Of a stretch of 64,000 nt of DNA, positions 9,893 through 21,100 are shown piece after piece. Source of the DNA: Candidatus Hydrogenedentota bacterium (lineage in GTDB: Bacteria; Hydrogenedentota; Hydrogenedentia; Hydrogenedentales; SLHB01); contig BTVY01000013.1 of NCBI GenBank assembly GCA_045863335.1, positions 32,001 through 96,000 of the forward strand. The letters are read 5' to 3'. A model generated the notes under the pieces. It saw nothing but the letters and a program-made list of their open reading frames with translations. It searched no databases and had not been told where the DNA came from. Each line of letters begins with the position of its first letter. Position 1 is the stretch's first letter. Made by a program: the position numbers and the translations under genes.

Positions 9893-12364
9893 CTACTCAG
9901 GGAGTATGATCGCCCGGAGAAATCCGTCTTCTGAACCGAAGATGCACACCTCTTGATCTCCGGTGGATGCCGCGACAACGAGGGGAGTCCCAGTGATGGC
10001 GGCGGCAGCCCGTTCGTCTCGCCAGCGTTCGGTGCCGGACCCATTGAGACACACGAGGGCGCCGTGGCGAGTGGGCGCGAGAATCCTCGCACCGGTACCG
10101 GCGCCGCTAACGGCAGGCGTCCCGCTAAGTTCCAACGGAATCTCCCAGAGAGTCTCCAGCGCCGCTGACAAGCAGTACAGCCGTTCGTCAGTGGCGATCA
10201 GGATCTCCTGGCCGGGGTTCTCCAGCAGTTCCCCGCAAGCGACCCCGATCGCGGGTTCGGATGCGACCGCTTTCTCATGCAACACGGAACCTGCTGCCGC
10301 ATCGACCACGGCGACGGTTCCATTGACCAACCCCACAACGACGTTCCACTGCCAATCGCCGTTTAGATCGGCAATCAGCATGGGACAGGCGGAGTCTCCC
10401 GACCCCTCCAGCACATGCCACAACTCGTTCCCTGCACCATCCAGTGCAAGAAGCCCGTCGGCGAGCGCGAGGCACTCATCCCTCCCGTCGTTATCGAGAT
10501 CTTCGACCTCGACATCCCTGACCGGAGCATCCGTCAATTTCGACCACATGGGACTCCCGTTGGAAAGAAATGCGCTGACAACCCCCTTGTCCGATCCCGC
10601 TACCACTTCCTCACCGGGGGCGATGTGAAGATTCCCCGTCCGGACCGTGCGCGCCCCGCCGGGCAGCGACGCCTGCCACAGTGCCGACCCCATCGCGTCC
10701 AAGATTACAACCCCTGACGCCGCAGGAAACGCGATGTAGGGCTGACCCGACGCCAAGCGGCCTCCGGCAACGCGTTTGCTTCCGGAGCCGGTCACCGTGC
10801 TGCGCCAGAGGAATTCTCCGGAACCACCCCAGGCACTCACCTCGCCCGCGGAAGCGCAAATCAGCGCTGCGGTCGAATTACCGTTCACGTCGGCCAACGT
10901 CAGCCCCGAGTCTCCCGAAATCCTCACCGGCACCTGCCAGAGTAAGTGCGGCGGGATCGTTACTGGAAAGGTGCGTTCGACTGGCGGTCCGCCGGGACTC
11001 GTGAGCACCAATTTCACCGGTACCGTTTCCCCGGGATTTGCCCTGCCTTGAAGCCTTCCCACGGCGGCTAACGTCTCCCCGGGGCCCACGTCGACCACTT
11101 GGGTGCGAGGCAGAAGCGCAAACCGGTCCGGGCACACCGTTTCCAAGGTACCGGTAAAACTCAGGCCGGTACGGTTCGCCCAACCGAAACGAACCGGAAT
11201 CGAACCGGCCGGGCTCACCGCCGCGGTGTCGGCGTCCATCGAGAACCCCGCCGGAACTGCCCAGGCGCGCACGGGGAGTCCCTTGACCATGATGGGATCG
11301 CTGGACGTGGCCAACTCGACCTTGCCGTTTTCGGCATGAACTTCTGTCGATTGGTGCGTGCGGAGGTTTATCACCGTCGCTTCCGGCGTATGGACTTCGA
11401 GGGGAATCGGCTTCGGAATGCCAGAAGGAAAGACAATTGCCGCGCCGTCCGCCCCTCGAAGGATTTGTGCGTGGGTGGCTGCGACCTGTATTCCGCCTGC
11501 CCGCTCCAGCCCATCCAAGTGCTCGAGCATGGCCGCGAGTCCCGCCTTGGCGGGAGCGTCCCCCATGGCACCTTCTTGACCGCGTTGGGCCAGCACCTGT
11601 GGCCCCACGAATACGTACGAATCTGCGGACAGGATTCCGGACAGCAGTGTCGCACTGGACACCGGTGAGTTCGGCAGCGCGATTTGTACGCCACTGTCAA
11701 AGCCTCGGGAATCGCCGCCTGCGGCCTGCCGGAATTGCCGCACAAGCCGTTGAATGCGCGCGGCACGGGAGCGAGCGTCGTCAGATCCGTTACGGCAGGG
11801 AAGTGCAAGATGCAACAGGGACGGTTCGGCGGCACCGTCACACACGCCGGCTAACAGCTCCGCGACTCGCCCATCATCGCGATCCCGGCCGGGCAACTGA
11901 AACACGAGCGTGCCCGCAGGGTGCTCCGATTGCACGGCTTCCACGATTGAACGGCCGCGCGTTCTTAAGTCTGAAACTGCGTTCTGGGATTCGTGGGAAT
12001 GGGGCGTGCCGATCGCGACATCGTAAATCTGGCTCAGGTCGATGACAAGCCCGACCAACTTCATCGATTGAGCTGCCGTGGAAGCCGTCTGGAGCACACC
12101 GATCCCGAGGGCGTCCACCCGAAGAAAGTTGCGTGTGATACCCGCCTCGTGAAGGATGGACGCCGCGGCCTCAACCTCCGCGAGGGGCCGGTGGAGCACG
12201 GCTCCGCGAATTCCCTGTGAATGCCACTCTGCGGCCGCGCCGGCAGTGACCAATTCTACACCGGATATCCGTAGAATCGGTGTGGGCAAGACTTCGGGAG
12301 ACAATACTTCCGCTTGCCCCGCAGTTCCAAGGCACACCTGAACGACGAGGATGATGAGGGACAT
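9893..12364 (-). CDS. Secreted protein with C-terminal FG-GAP/PQQ-like beta-propeller
   Basis: Signal-like N-terminus; repeats ADVNG, EDLDNDGRDE, ADLNGD and GxxLW; start uncertain (ORF open to 12421). Confidence 0.7.
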   Translation of the reverse strand: MSLIILVVQVCLGTAGQAEVLSPEVLPTPILRISGVELVTAGAAAEWHSQGIRGAVLHRPLAEVEAAASILHEAGITRNFLRVDALGIGVLQTASTAAQSMKLVGLVIDLSQIYDVAIGTPHSHESQNAVSDLRTRGRSIVEAVQSEHPAGTLVFQLPGRDRDDGRVAELLAGVCDGAAEPSLLHLALPCRNGSDDARSRAARIQRLVRQFRQAAGGDSRGFDSGVQIALPNSPVSSATLLSGILSADSYVFVGPQVLAQRGQEGAMGDAPAKAGLAAMLEHLDGLERAGGIQVAATHAQILRGADGAAIVFPSGIPKPIPLEVHTPEATVINLRTHQSTEVHAENGKVELATSSDPIMVKGLPVRAWAVPAGFSMDADTAAVSPAGSIPVRFGWANRTGLSFTGTLETVCPDRFALLPRTQVVDVGPGETLAAVGRLQGRANPGETVPVKLVLTSPGGPPVERTFPVTIPPHLLWQVPVRISGDSGLTLADVNGNSTAALICASAGEVSAWGGSGEFLWRSTVTGSGSKRVAGGRLASGQPYIAFPAASGVVILDAMGSALWQASLPGGARTVRTGNLHIAPGEEVVAGSDKGVVSAFLSNGSPMWSKLTDAPVRDVEVEDLDNDGRDECLALADGLLALDGAGNELWHVLEGSGDSACPMLIADLNGDWQWNVVVGLVNGTVAVVDAAAGSVLHEKAVASEPAIGVACGELLENPGQEILIATDERLYCLSAALETLWEIPLELSGTPAVSGAGTGARILAPTRHGALVCLNGSGTERWRDERAAAAITGTPLVVAASTGDQEVCIFGSEDGFLRAIILPE

Positions 12365-12480
12365 AGCGAACCTGAATCGGTGGCTGGACACGCTGACTCT
12401 TGTGTTCCATGAACCGCGCACACCTTACGCGGCCAATCGGTCCAGGCAGCCTACTGCCCCTACGGCGGGAATTTCAACCG

Positions 12481-12708
12481 CTAGTCTGGGCGCGTTACGT
12501 TGACGGCCTGCAACCCCTTCGGGCTTTCCAGCAATTCGAACTGAACTTCCTCTCCTTCGCGAAGGGTGCGGAATCCGTCCATCTGGATCGCCGAATGGTG
12601 CACAAACACGTCAGGGCTGTCATCACGGGTGATAAACCCGTAGCCCTTCTGGTCGTTGAACCACTTCACCTTGCCACGCAACGCCGACTGAGTTACTCCA
12701 TTTGCCAC
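12481..12708 (-). CDS. csp: Cold-shock protein (CspA family)
   Basis: [15 protein letters not shown] (RNP1) and DVFVHHSAI (RNP2); GTG start at 12708 after GGAGAGG. Confidence 0.95.
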   Translation of the reverse strand: MANGVTQSALRGKVKWFNDQKGYGFITRDDSPDVFVHHSAIQMDGFRTLREGEEVQFELLESPKGLQAVNVTRPD

Positions 12709-12805
12709 TGCTATACCCTCTCCCACATCACGTGCCGCGCCCGAACCTGCGGATATCGGCACACCTACTACATCGTCACCAGTTCCTCCCCGCCCTGCAT
12801 TCTCT

Positions 12806-12834
12806 AGAATATCGGGCATTGGGGAATCTGTCAA
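12806..12834 (-). promoter_or_regulatory. Sigma70-type promoter of csp
   Basis: Minus strand TTGACA-17 nt-TATTCT. Confidence 0.65.
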
Positions 12835-12962
12835 TAGCTTAGGGCTTCAATAATGATTACCACTTGAGTAATGAATCAGGCAACGCTTCTGGCTGGCATC
12901 CGGAATTCCCGGGGTTCTGCCGCCCAATGGAGGGGAGGACCCGTCCCTACAAAGGAACGCGG

Positions 12963-12991
12963 TTGACACGCCCCCCCAAGGCGCTTAGAAT
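12963..12991 (+). promoter_or_regulatory. Sigma70-type promoter of smg-topA
   Basis: TTGACA-17 nt-TAGAAT. Confidence 0.7.
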
Positions 12992-13047
12992 ACACGTGGC
13001 ACGGTAGTTTACGCGCCTGATTCGGGGAATGGTTGCAGGAGTTCTGG

Positions 13048-13506
13048 ATGAAGCAATCGCTGACGAAGCTGGTAGACGTCATTCTGAAACATATCGAGGA
13101 ACAGCCGGAGGCGAAGCCCACGGAAAGTGGTATTCGCTCGTGGCTGGCCGGTCAAGGATATAAGAAGCGTGATATCGACGCCGTCATCAAGCTGGTTGGA
13201 CGGCGCATCGCACAACGTCCGCAAGTTACGGACGCCTCCCCGCGCACAGTCCGCATGTACTCCATGCTCGAAGAATACAAACTGACCCCGGAAGCCAGGA
13301 ACGCGTTGATCCGCTTGGAATTATACGGGTTGATCGATCCCATGGAACGGGAGATGATCCTGGATCGTCTGAACCATTTTGATGGCGAAATCGGCTTGGA
13401 TGAGTTGGATTATTTGATTTCCTGGCTGGTTTGCGGCGGCCGCGATTTCGAGTCGCAACAGACCATTTACGGAGTCATGGAAGGCGAGCAGGAAGTCTTC
13501 CACTAG
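13048..13506 (+). CDS. smg: DUF494/Smg family protein
   Basis: GY..DI..., RMYS..E..KL..EA...L..LE..GLID...REMILDR motifs; canonical position upstream of topA. Confidence 0.75.
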   Translation: MKQSLTKLVDVILKHIEEQPEAKPTESGIRSWLAGQGYKKRDIDAVIKLVGRRIAQRPQVTDASPRTVRMYSMLEEYKLTPEARNALIRLELYGLIDPMEREMILDRLNHFDGEIGLDELDYLISWLVCGGRDFESQQTIYGVMEGEQEVFH

Positions 13507-13711
13507 CGGACTTTATCGCAACGTCCCGGACGCCTGTCCCTTCGGGGATCGGCGTCCGCTGTTTTGAGCGCATCCCCATTCTGAGCGCCGGGATTGCCAG
13601 CGCCCGCCCAAGCACGCTATAGTCCCCGTCCACGGGGTGGCAAAATCCAAATACCGAATAGAGGGTGCCGTTGCGAATGTTCTACGATCGATCAAAGAGG
13701 GATTGCGCGCA

Positions 13712-16372
13712 TTGAAACTTGTCATTGTAGAGTCGCCTGCGAAGGCGAAAACCATAGGCCGTTTTCTGGGCAAGGAATACAGGGTAATGGCCAGCTACGG
13801 TCATATCCGCGATCTGCCCAGTTCCGCATCCGAGATCCCCGCAGCCGTGAAGTCCAAACCCTGGGCCCGGCTGGCCGTCGATACGGAGAACGGGTTTACA
13901 CCCGTGTACGTCGTTCCCAAGGAGAGCAGACCCCGTATCGCGGAACTTAAGAAAGCCTTGAAGGAAGCCGACGAAGTCGTGCTCGCCACCGATGAGGACC
14001 GCGAAGGGGAATCCATCAGTTGGCATCTGCTGGAAACGCTCAACCCGAAGGTTCCCGTGAAGCGCATCGCCTTTCACGAGATTACCCAGTCCGCCATCGA
14101 CGAAGCCCTGGCCAGCCCGCGTGAGGTCAACGACGACTTGGTCCGCGCCCAGGAAAGCCGGCGCGTGCTGGATCGCCTGTTCGGATATGAACTCTCGCCG
14201 GTCCTTTGGAAAAAGGTCGCGCCGAAACTCAGCGCCGGGCGGGTGCAAAGTGTGGCGGTACGTTTGGTCGTGGAGCGCGAAGAGGAACGCCGCGCGTTCC
14301 GCGCGTCGGATTACTGGAGCGTCGAGGCTGCGCTCAAAGCCGACGGCATCGAGTTCTCCGCGGGCCTGGTCGAATGGGACGGACGCCGCCCCGCCACGGG
14401 TAAGGATTTCGACGCCGCCACAGGCGCGCTCAAGGACGATCCCAAGACTCAGGCAGACGTGGTGCATCTGACGGAGGCGAACGCCAAGTCCTTGGCGGAC
14501 GCTTTGAAAGCAGGCCTTCCGTGGCGCGTTGCGCGCGTAGAGCAGAAGAAGACGACGCAACGCCCCGCGCCGCCTTTCATCACATCGACGCTGCAGCAAG
14601 CCGCGAGTTCCTTGTTGAATATGTCGCCGCGCAAGACGATGCAAGTTGCGCAGAGTCTGTACGAAGGCGTCGATCTCGGCGGGGGTGAACGCGAAGGCGT
14701 CATCACCTACATGCGTACAGACTCGCTGACGTTGAGCGAAAAGGCCCTCGCGGAAGCGGGCCACTACATCAAGAAGAATTTTGGCGAGGACTACTACACG
14801 GGTCCGCGTCGCTATACGACGAAATCGAAGAATGCGCAGGAAGCGCACGAAGCCATCCGCCCGACCCATGTGGACCGGACGCCGAAACAGATGGACCAGT
14901 ACCTGGACGGCGATCAGTTGGCGCTCTACCGGCTGATCTGGAACCGGACCATGGCCTCTCAGATGGCCGAGGCCGTCTTGTTGAAGACGACCGTTGATTT
15001 CGACGCAACCGCCGCCGGCAAGTCCGTCGTGCTGCGCGCGAACGGCTCTGTGGTCGCTTTTCCCGGCTACCTCCGCGTGGCGGACACGGCACAACGGGAC
15101 ACGGAACTGCCCCACCTCGAGGAAGGCCAGGAGGTCACGGCGCAAGATTCGCCGTCGTCCGGTCCCACGCTGGTCGATATCGCGGCGAACAGTCACCGGA
15201 CCCAGCCGCCGGCCCGGTACACGGAAGCGTCACTGGTACAACGATTGGAGGAAGAAGGCATCGGACGCCCGTCGACCTATGCTCCGACTGTCTCGACCAT
15301 CCAGGCGCGTGGTTACGTGGAACGTCGCGGCAAGGCCTTGGTACCCACGTTCCTCGCGATTGCCGTGATCAAACTGCTTCGTCAACACTTCGAGGAGTAC
15401 GTGGACCTTGGCTTTACGGCGCGGATGGAAGACGCCCTCGACGACATCTCGAACGGCAAACTCAACTGGGTCGACTTCCTCGCCGCCTTCTACCGCGGAG
15501 AAGGCAAGTACGGTCACGGGCTGGTGCAACAAATCGAGCGGGAACTGCCGGGGATGGAGTATCCCACGATCCCCCTGGGCGAAGATCCCGACAGCAAGCT
15601 GCCCATTTTCGTGCGCGTCGGCCGCACCTCACCCTTCATCCAGCGCGGCGAAGGCGGTCCGGAAAACACCGTGACGATTCCGATGGATGTCACCTACGAA
15701 GAACTGACGGTCGACAAAGCGCTGGAACTGCTGAAGCACAAGGAAAAGAGCAACGAAGCCTTGGGCAGCCACCCGGATACGGGAGAACCCATTTTTGCGC
15801 TTCTCGGTCCCTACGGTCCCTACGTGCAATTGGGCGAGAAGACCGAGACAAACAAGAAGCCCAAACGCGCGAGCCTGCCCAAGGGCACGTCGCTGGATCA
15901 GGTCGATCTGAAACTCGCGCTGAAGCTCTTGTCGCTGCCCCGTGAGTTGGGCAAACACCCCGAAAACGGCGAACTGGTGACAACGGCCATCGGCCGTTTC
16001 GGCCCCTTCGTGAAGTGGGGTGACGAGTTCCGCAGTCTCGAAGCGGGCGACGATGTGTACACCATCACGTTCGAGCGCGCGCTGGAACTGCTGGCCCAAC
16101 CCAAGAAGAGCCGTCGCGCCACCAAGAAAGTCATCGCCACGCTCGGTGACGACGCCGATTCCGGCAAGCCCATCGAAGTCTGCGAAGGCCGCTATGGTCC
16201 CTTCGTGACCAACGGCAAGGTCAACGCGTCCCTGCCCAAAGACGCCGACCCCGCGGCGTTCACCCTGGATCAGGCGAAAGACCTCCTCGCCAACGCCGCC
16301 GCCAAGAAACCGGCCAAGCGCAAAGCCAAACCCAAAGCGAAAACGAAGGCAAAGCGGAAGCCGAAGGCCTGA
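13712..16372 (+). CDS. topA: DNA topoisomerase I (type IA) with Topo_C_Rpt repeats and Lys-rich tail
   Basis: LVIVESPAKAKTI, ATDEDREGE Toprim, SAGRVQS, ITYMRTDS active-site Tyr, GIGRPSTY; GxYGP repeats; TTG start after AAAGAGGG. Confidence 0.98.
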   Translation: MKLVIVESPAKAKTIGRFLGKEYRVMASYGHIRDLPSSASEIPAAVKSKPWARLAVDTENGFTPVYVVPKESRPRIAELKKALKEADEVVLATDEDREGESISWHLLETLNPKVPVKRIAFHEITQSAIDEALASPREVNDDLVRAQESRRVLDRLFGYELSPVLWKKVAPKLSAGRVQSVAVRLVVEREEERRAFRASDYWSVEAALKADGIEFSAGLVEWDGRRPATGKDFDAATGALKDDPKTQADVVHLTEANAKSLADALKAGLPWRVARVEQKKTTQRPAPPFITSTLQQAASSLLNMSPRKTMQVAQSLYEGVDLGGGEREGVITYMRTDSLTLSEKALAEAGHYIKKNFGEDYYTGPRRYTTKSKNAQEAHEAIRPTHVDRTPKQMDQYLDGDQLALYRLIWNRTMASQMAEAVLLKTTVDFDATAAGKSVVLRANGSVVAFPGYLRVADTAQRDTELPHLEEGQEVTAQDSPSSGPTLVDIAANSHRTQPPARYTEASLVQRLEEEGIGRPSTYAPTVSTIQARGYVERRGKALVPTFLAIAVIKLLRQHFEEYVDLGFTARMEDALDDISNGKLNWVDFLAAFYRGEGKYGHGLVQQIERELPGMEYPTIPLGEDPDSKLPIFVRVGRTSPFIQRGEGGPENTVTIPMDVTYEELTVDKALELLKHKEKSNEALGSHPDTGEPIFALLGPYGPYVQLGEKTETNKKPKRASLPKGTSLDQVDLKLALKLLSLPRELGKHPENGELVTTAIGRFGPFVKWGDEFRSLEAGDDVYTITFERALELLAQPKKSRRATKKVIATLGDDADSGKPIEVCEGRYGPFVTNGKVNASLPKDADPAAFTLDQAKDLLANAAAKKPAKRKAKPKAKTKAKRKPKA

Positions 16373-16582
16373 CCTTCTGACCTTCAACCGCAATCCGCTG
16401 CTCTTCAGTAAGTCTTAACTGCTACAGAATTCCGTCTTTATCTTTTGCAAGGACGAGGACCCGGTCTCAGTATTTACGTTGATTTCTTTTGCCGCCGCCT
16501 GATTAGATGGATCAGAATCACTCTTCCGGCAACGCCATTCCAGCGACGGAAGCGAGCAGGGGAACGACGGAGTGACCGGCGC

Positions 16583-18181
16583 ATGAATCCACGCCCGACA
16601 ATCTTTATTTCCGCAGTGACTTCGGAACTGAAAGGCGCCAGGGATCTAGTTGCCAAGACACTGGAATTCATGGGATACCAACCGGTCTTTCAGGACATTT
16701 TTGGCACCCAGACAGGAAACCTCTGCGGCGTTCTTCGAGACTTGATAGATCCCTGTGAAGGATTGATTCAACTCGTTGGTTTTCACTATGGCTCAGAGCC
16801 ACCCATGGAGACGGCAGAATTCGGGCGCGTCAGCTACACACAGTATGAAGCCCTCTACGCGCTGCAACAGGGCAAAAAGGTATTCCACTTTGTTGACGTG
16901 ACGCCCGGTTCAGCCGTTGCGGAGCCCGAAGATAAGCGCGAGTTGCAGCAGGCATATCGCGAGCGTATCCGGACCGAAAACAACCCGGACCTATTCCATG
17001 AAGTGGATTTGAAAAGCGACGACGCACTCGCACGCAAAGTTCACGAGATCAAGAATGCTCTGGAGGATCTGCGGCGCAAATACAACAGGTGGTCTTTCTT
17101 TGTCACCGCTTCTCAAACGCTCTTAATCGTCTTTGCGGTTGTGATAGTCGCTATGATCGGCTGGCTCATCTATGAACGGCCATTTAGCGGTGCCCCGATC
17201 ACCGAGCAGGCGGCAAGTTCCGCAATCGTGGACAAAGACTATTCGCGGGCGTTCGACATACTCACTCAACTCTCGGCGGCCGACCCCGCGAACATCGACT
17301 ACCACCGCCGCATTGAAGACTGCGCGCGCCAGGGCCGGCTTGAAAGACCCTTCCTTGAGCACTATCTCGGACTCGTCGATCGGGACCCGAAAAATGCAAT
17401 GTTTCACAACTATCTGGGAAACGCCTATTTGCTCATGGATCCCGACGATACCAGCGGCGCGGCGCGGAAACACTACGAAACAGCACTTTCGCTGAATCCC
17501 GATCTATCTCTGCCGCTCGCAAACCTCGGGATTCTGAAATACCGGGAGGGCAAGACCAGCGACGCCGAACTGATGTTTAAACGTTATCTCGACCGCGAAC
17601 CAACGGACGCGCAGGGCTGGGTCAATCTCGGGCTGTTGTACCTCAACCAAGTGCAGTCCGCCGGGATGAACGCGGAGCTCGTGACGAACGCAGAACAAGC
17701 CCTCCAGAAGGCAATCGACCTCGAACCGGGTTCTTCGTCGGCGTACAAGGGACTGGGACGTCTCTATGCGGCGACCGATCGGAAGCCGGAGGCCCTGGAC
17801 GCATTTCAGCGGTCGCTTGCACTCGATTACGACCAACCCGAGGTGAGGCAGCAAGTCGAGTTACTGGCGTGGGAATCCGAGGGGGACCGAGTGGCCTCGC
17901 CCACGGCGGACGATTTCAGAACACGCGCCGCCGATGCCGCCGACTCCGCAGCACCATACGTTATCATTGCCATGCAGCGGCTGGAACACCGCGATTTCCG
18001 GGCCTTGGAAACGGTCTGCCGGGAGTGGAGCGCGGAACAGCCTGAAAACCCTCTTCCCTGGCGGCTGCTTGGCCGGGCATGCCAGGAGCAAGGACGCGAT
18101 GAGGAGGCGCAACAGCACCTCGCAAACGCGGTTCGCCTTGCGAAGAGGGGAACCGAAACCAAGGGGAAACAGTCGCAATGA
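16583..18181 (+). CDS. DUF4062 (TIR-like) domain - single TM - TPR repeat protein
   Basis: TIFISAVTSEL..ARDLV...LVGFHYGS...SYTQYEALYA..GKKV matches DUF4062; TM at ~17090-17173; C-terminal TPRs (HNYLGNAY, WVNLGLLY, YKGLGRLY, WRLLGRA). Confidence 0.8.
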   Translation: MNPRPTIFISAVTSELKGARDLVAKTLEFMGYQPVFQDIFGTQTGNLCGVLRDLIDPCEGLIQLVGFHYGSEPPMETAEFGRVSYTQYEALYALQQGKKVFHFVDVTPGSAVAEPEDKRELQQAYRERIRTENNPDLFHEVDLKSDDALARKVHEIKNALEDLRRKYNRWSFFVTASQTLLIVFAVVIVAMIGWLIYERPFSGAPITEQAASSAIVDKDYSRAFDILTQLSAADPANIDYHRRIEDCARQGRLERPFLEHYLGLVDRDPKNAMFHNYLGNAYLLMDPDDTSGAARKHYETALSLNPDLSLPLANLGILKYREGKTSDAELMFKRYLDREPTDAQGWVNLGLLYLNQVQSAGMNAELVTNAEQALQKAIDLEPGSSSAYKGLGRLYAATDRKPEALDAFQRSLALDYDQPEVRQQVELLAWESEGDRVASPTADDFRTRAADAADSAAPYVIIAMQRLEHRDFRALETVCREWSAEQPENPLPWRLLGRACQEQGRDEEAQQHLANAVRLAKRGTETKGKQSQ

Positions 18182-21100
18182 GAAAGCACTGCTGCATTGC
18201 CGCGCTCGCGCGGTCAGGGATGCCGGCCATACTGCTACTCCTGAGTTCGCTGGCTTGTCAGAAAGATCAAGAGGAAACCCAAAACGCCGAACTTGCCCAA
18301 CGAGCCTTGGAACTCAATGCGGAGAGTGAACGTCTCGTGGCCGAGGGGGACTTCCGTGGCGCGGTAGTCAAGGCTAAGGCAGCGCTGGTGGCCTATGAGA
18401 AGCTGCCCCAGAGCGAAGAACTACAAGTATTCCAGCGGGAGATCATCGCGGCCCTGGAAGAACTGGTTGTGACCGAGGAGAGTGCCAATCCGCAGAACGA
18501 CAATCGCGTTTCTCCCCTGGACGCGACGCAGGATCTGGTCTCGCTCGAGGCTCAATTTGAGAAGTACAAACGGGATTACCAGAAGCACTTGCAAAGTGGA
18601 GAGTATGAAAAGGCACTGGCGGTCCTGAAGGAGGAACTCGCGTTCTACGAGAAACTCCCCGGAACCGAAGAGCTTCAAGCGCTGCAAAGAAAACAAATCG
18701 AGGCTCTGGAATCTCTGGTCGGAAACGAGCAGAGTCTCGAGCATTTGATCGAAGGCTCTCTTCTTGACTTGAAAAGTGATGCCGCGTCGAAGCGTGTGGC
18801 TGCCATAAAGGCCTTAGTCGTGGCCCACGAGAACGGAATCCTGGGGGAACGTCTGCGTGTAGTTCGGACTACTCTGGAACAACTTGCAATAGACGACCCG
18901 GATCGAGCGGTCAGAGATGCCGCAACTGAGGCCCTGAAGACGTTCAAAACGCAGTCGGTTATCGAAAGCGAATCCCCGCCGGGAACGATCGCCAGTCCGT
19001 CGTCATTCCTCGAGCCAACGCTGCCGGAGCAAGGGAACGCGTTTGCATATCGCTCCCGCCAACTTGTCGCAGAACATCACGAACTTTTGGCCCGAGCTGA
19101 CTACGCGGGCGCGCTGGTGAATCTACAGGACCAACTCGCATTGCTTGAGGAAGCCAATGGGGCCGAACAAGCCCGAAAGTCCCTTCGCGATCGGATTCGC
19201 GCGTGCGAGGGCATCTTGAATCACGATGGCGATCCAACTGTCTCGACCCTGATGCTGCTTGATGGCGAACACAATGCCCTGCTATTGACGGAGGATTACG
19301 AAAAAGCAATCTCCAACCTTCGGCTTCAACTCGAATTGCATGAAAACATGCCGGAGGTTGGCGTATCCGGTCGTTCGGGTCCTGAGGACTTGAAGGCGAG
19401 CCTGACACAAGGCGTGCGCAAGCGAATTCAACTTTATGAAGAGATCGTCGGGGCAGGCAATGGCCACCTATTGAAAGAGCAGGCGGAGTTCGAGATGGCC
19501 GCGGCCGGGATGCCCGCGGCGGAACGGAATAGCTTCGCAGCCAGTCTGCAAGAAGGAAAAGCTCGCGCCGAAGCGGCCATGGATCTTCTCGATCAGTTTG
19601 GCGAGCGCTTGGCCGAAGGAGATCGCCAAGGGTCCTTGCAGGCACTGGACGCGTTGGCGGAGCACGAAACGTCGATGGATCCGGATGGCCCTGGCGCCCA
19701 TGTGGTCGAATTCCTGGTGGATTCTTACGAAGACGCGCGGGCCAACAATTCTGATGTCACGGAAGCCGAGCAGTTGGATTGGGGCACATTGTTGTTTCAG
19801 CAGGCGCAACGGGAGTTACGGAGCGGCGATTATGCACAGGCGCTTGCCGATATCTCGAAAGCGGCTTCTGTGTACGAGCAGTTGGACGGCACCGAAGTAT
19901 TGCAAGCGAAGCTGCAGAGCTTCGCTTCACTCGTATGCCTCGCAACGAACAGGCATGAGGCTGCTCTCGAACATTCCCATCACGCGCTCGCTTTGCTCCG
20001 GGAAGTGAAAGATAGTGGAAACGACCAGGCGGCATGCCTCTATGCGATTGGAAGCGCATTGTCACGCATGGGAAAATATGAAGAGGCGCGCGAACCACTG
20101 GGGCGGGCAATTGCCTTGCACAACGCGGCGGGCGAAACCCGACCGGATTTGCAGTCGACGTACCATATGGCCTTGGGGGACGCTTTGGCTGGCGCTGGAG
20201 AACATCCGGATGCGATTGAGCAATACCTGCAATCGCTAGAACTTTTGCGGGACGGGAAGGGGAGTCCAACATTACAGGCCAATTCCTTGACCCGCATCAG
20301 CGCAGCGCTAAAGGATCTGGGCGCCTACAACAAGGCGCTCGAAGTGCAGATGCGCGCATTGGATCTTCTGGGAACGGCAAGAGAAAACCAATTCGACCGG
20401 GACATCTGCTGGGGGAACATCGGCGATCTTCTGCGGTTGGACAACCGGACCGAGGATGCACTTACCGCCTACCAGAATGTCCAGGAATCGGCGTGGTGGG
20501 TGTCACACGGGCTGGCTCTGACGTACGCTCAGCGTAACGATCCCGGCGACTCGAGAAAGGCGATTGCCCGGCTCCTGGAGGCCGTACGCATGGCCGAGGA
20601 TGCACGTTCTTCCGTTATGGCGACCGAACATCGTGCGGGTGTCTTTCAGGATTACCAGCCTGTTTTTGCCGACTGCGTCGCGTACCTTGCCGCGGCCGGT
20701 AACGATTCAAAACCCCTAGCAGACGAAATGTTCGCCGCGCTGTCGCGCGATGCCAGCCCAGGATCGACCCTATCGGAAGCGGCATTCCACATCGCGGATC
20801 GTGGGAAAGGACGCTCATTGGTGGATGCCATGCGGGAGAAGGCCACGCTGGCATCGGCGAAGCCGGCCACGGCACTACTCGCGGAAGATCAAAGACTCTC
20901 GCAGCGCATCAGCAAACTGAGTTCATTGCGAGAACCGTTGCCCGACGAAGACCAGAATCGTGCCGCGCTTACGCAAGAAATCGAGGCACTCCAGCAGCGG
21001 CGCAACATGATTGAAGTGGAACTGAAGAGAACAGCATTGGGAGACTATGTCGCTCCGGAATTCCGCAGGCCCATGGAGTTCGCCACAGAAATGGAATCGG

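Noticed and set aside
12709-12834. N-terminal extensions given by the ORF track for csp (also topA, rplJ, mdh and the DUF4062 gene)
   Set aside because: Homology begins at the downstream starts, most of which have an SD; the csp extension overlaps its own promoter.
16300-16372. Lys/Ala-rich low-complexity tail of TopA
   Set aside because: Known feature of topoisomerases I with Topo_C_Rpt repeats; not novel.
16370-16385. TGACCTTC tandem duplication at the topA stop as a target-site duplication
   Set aside because: No matching copy seen at the other end of the cassette near 22450.
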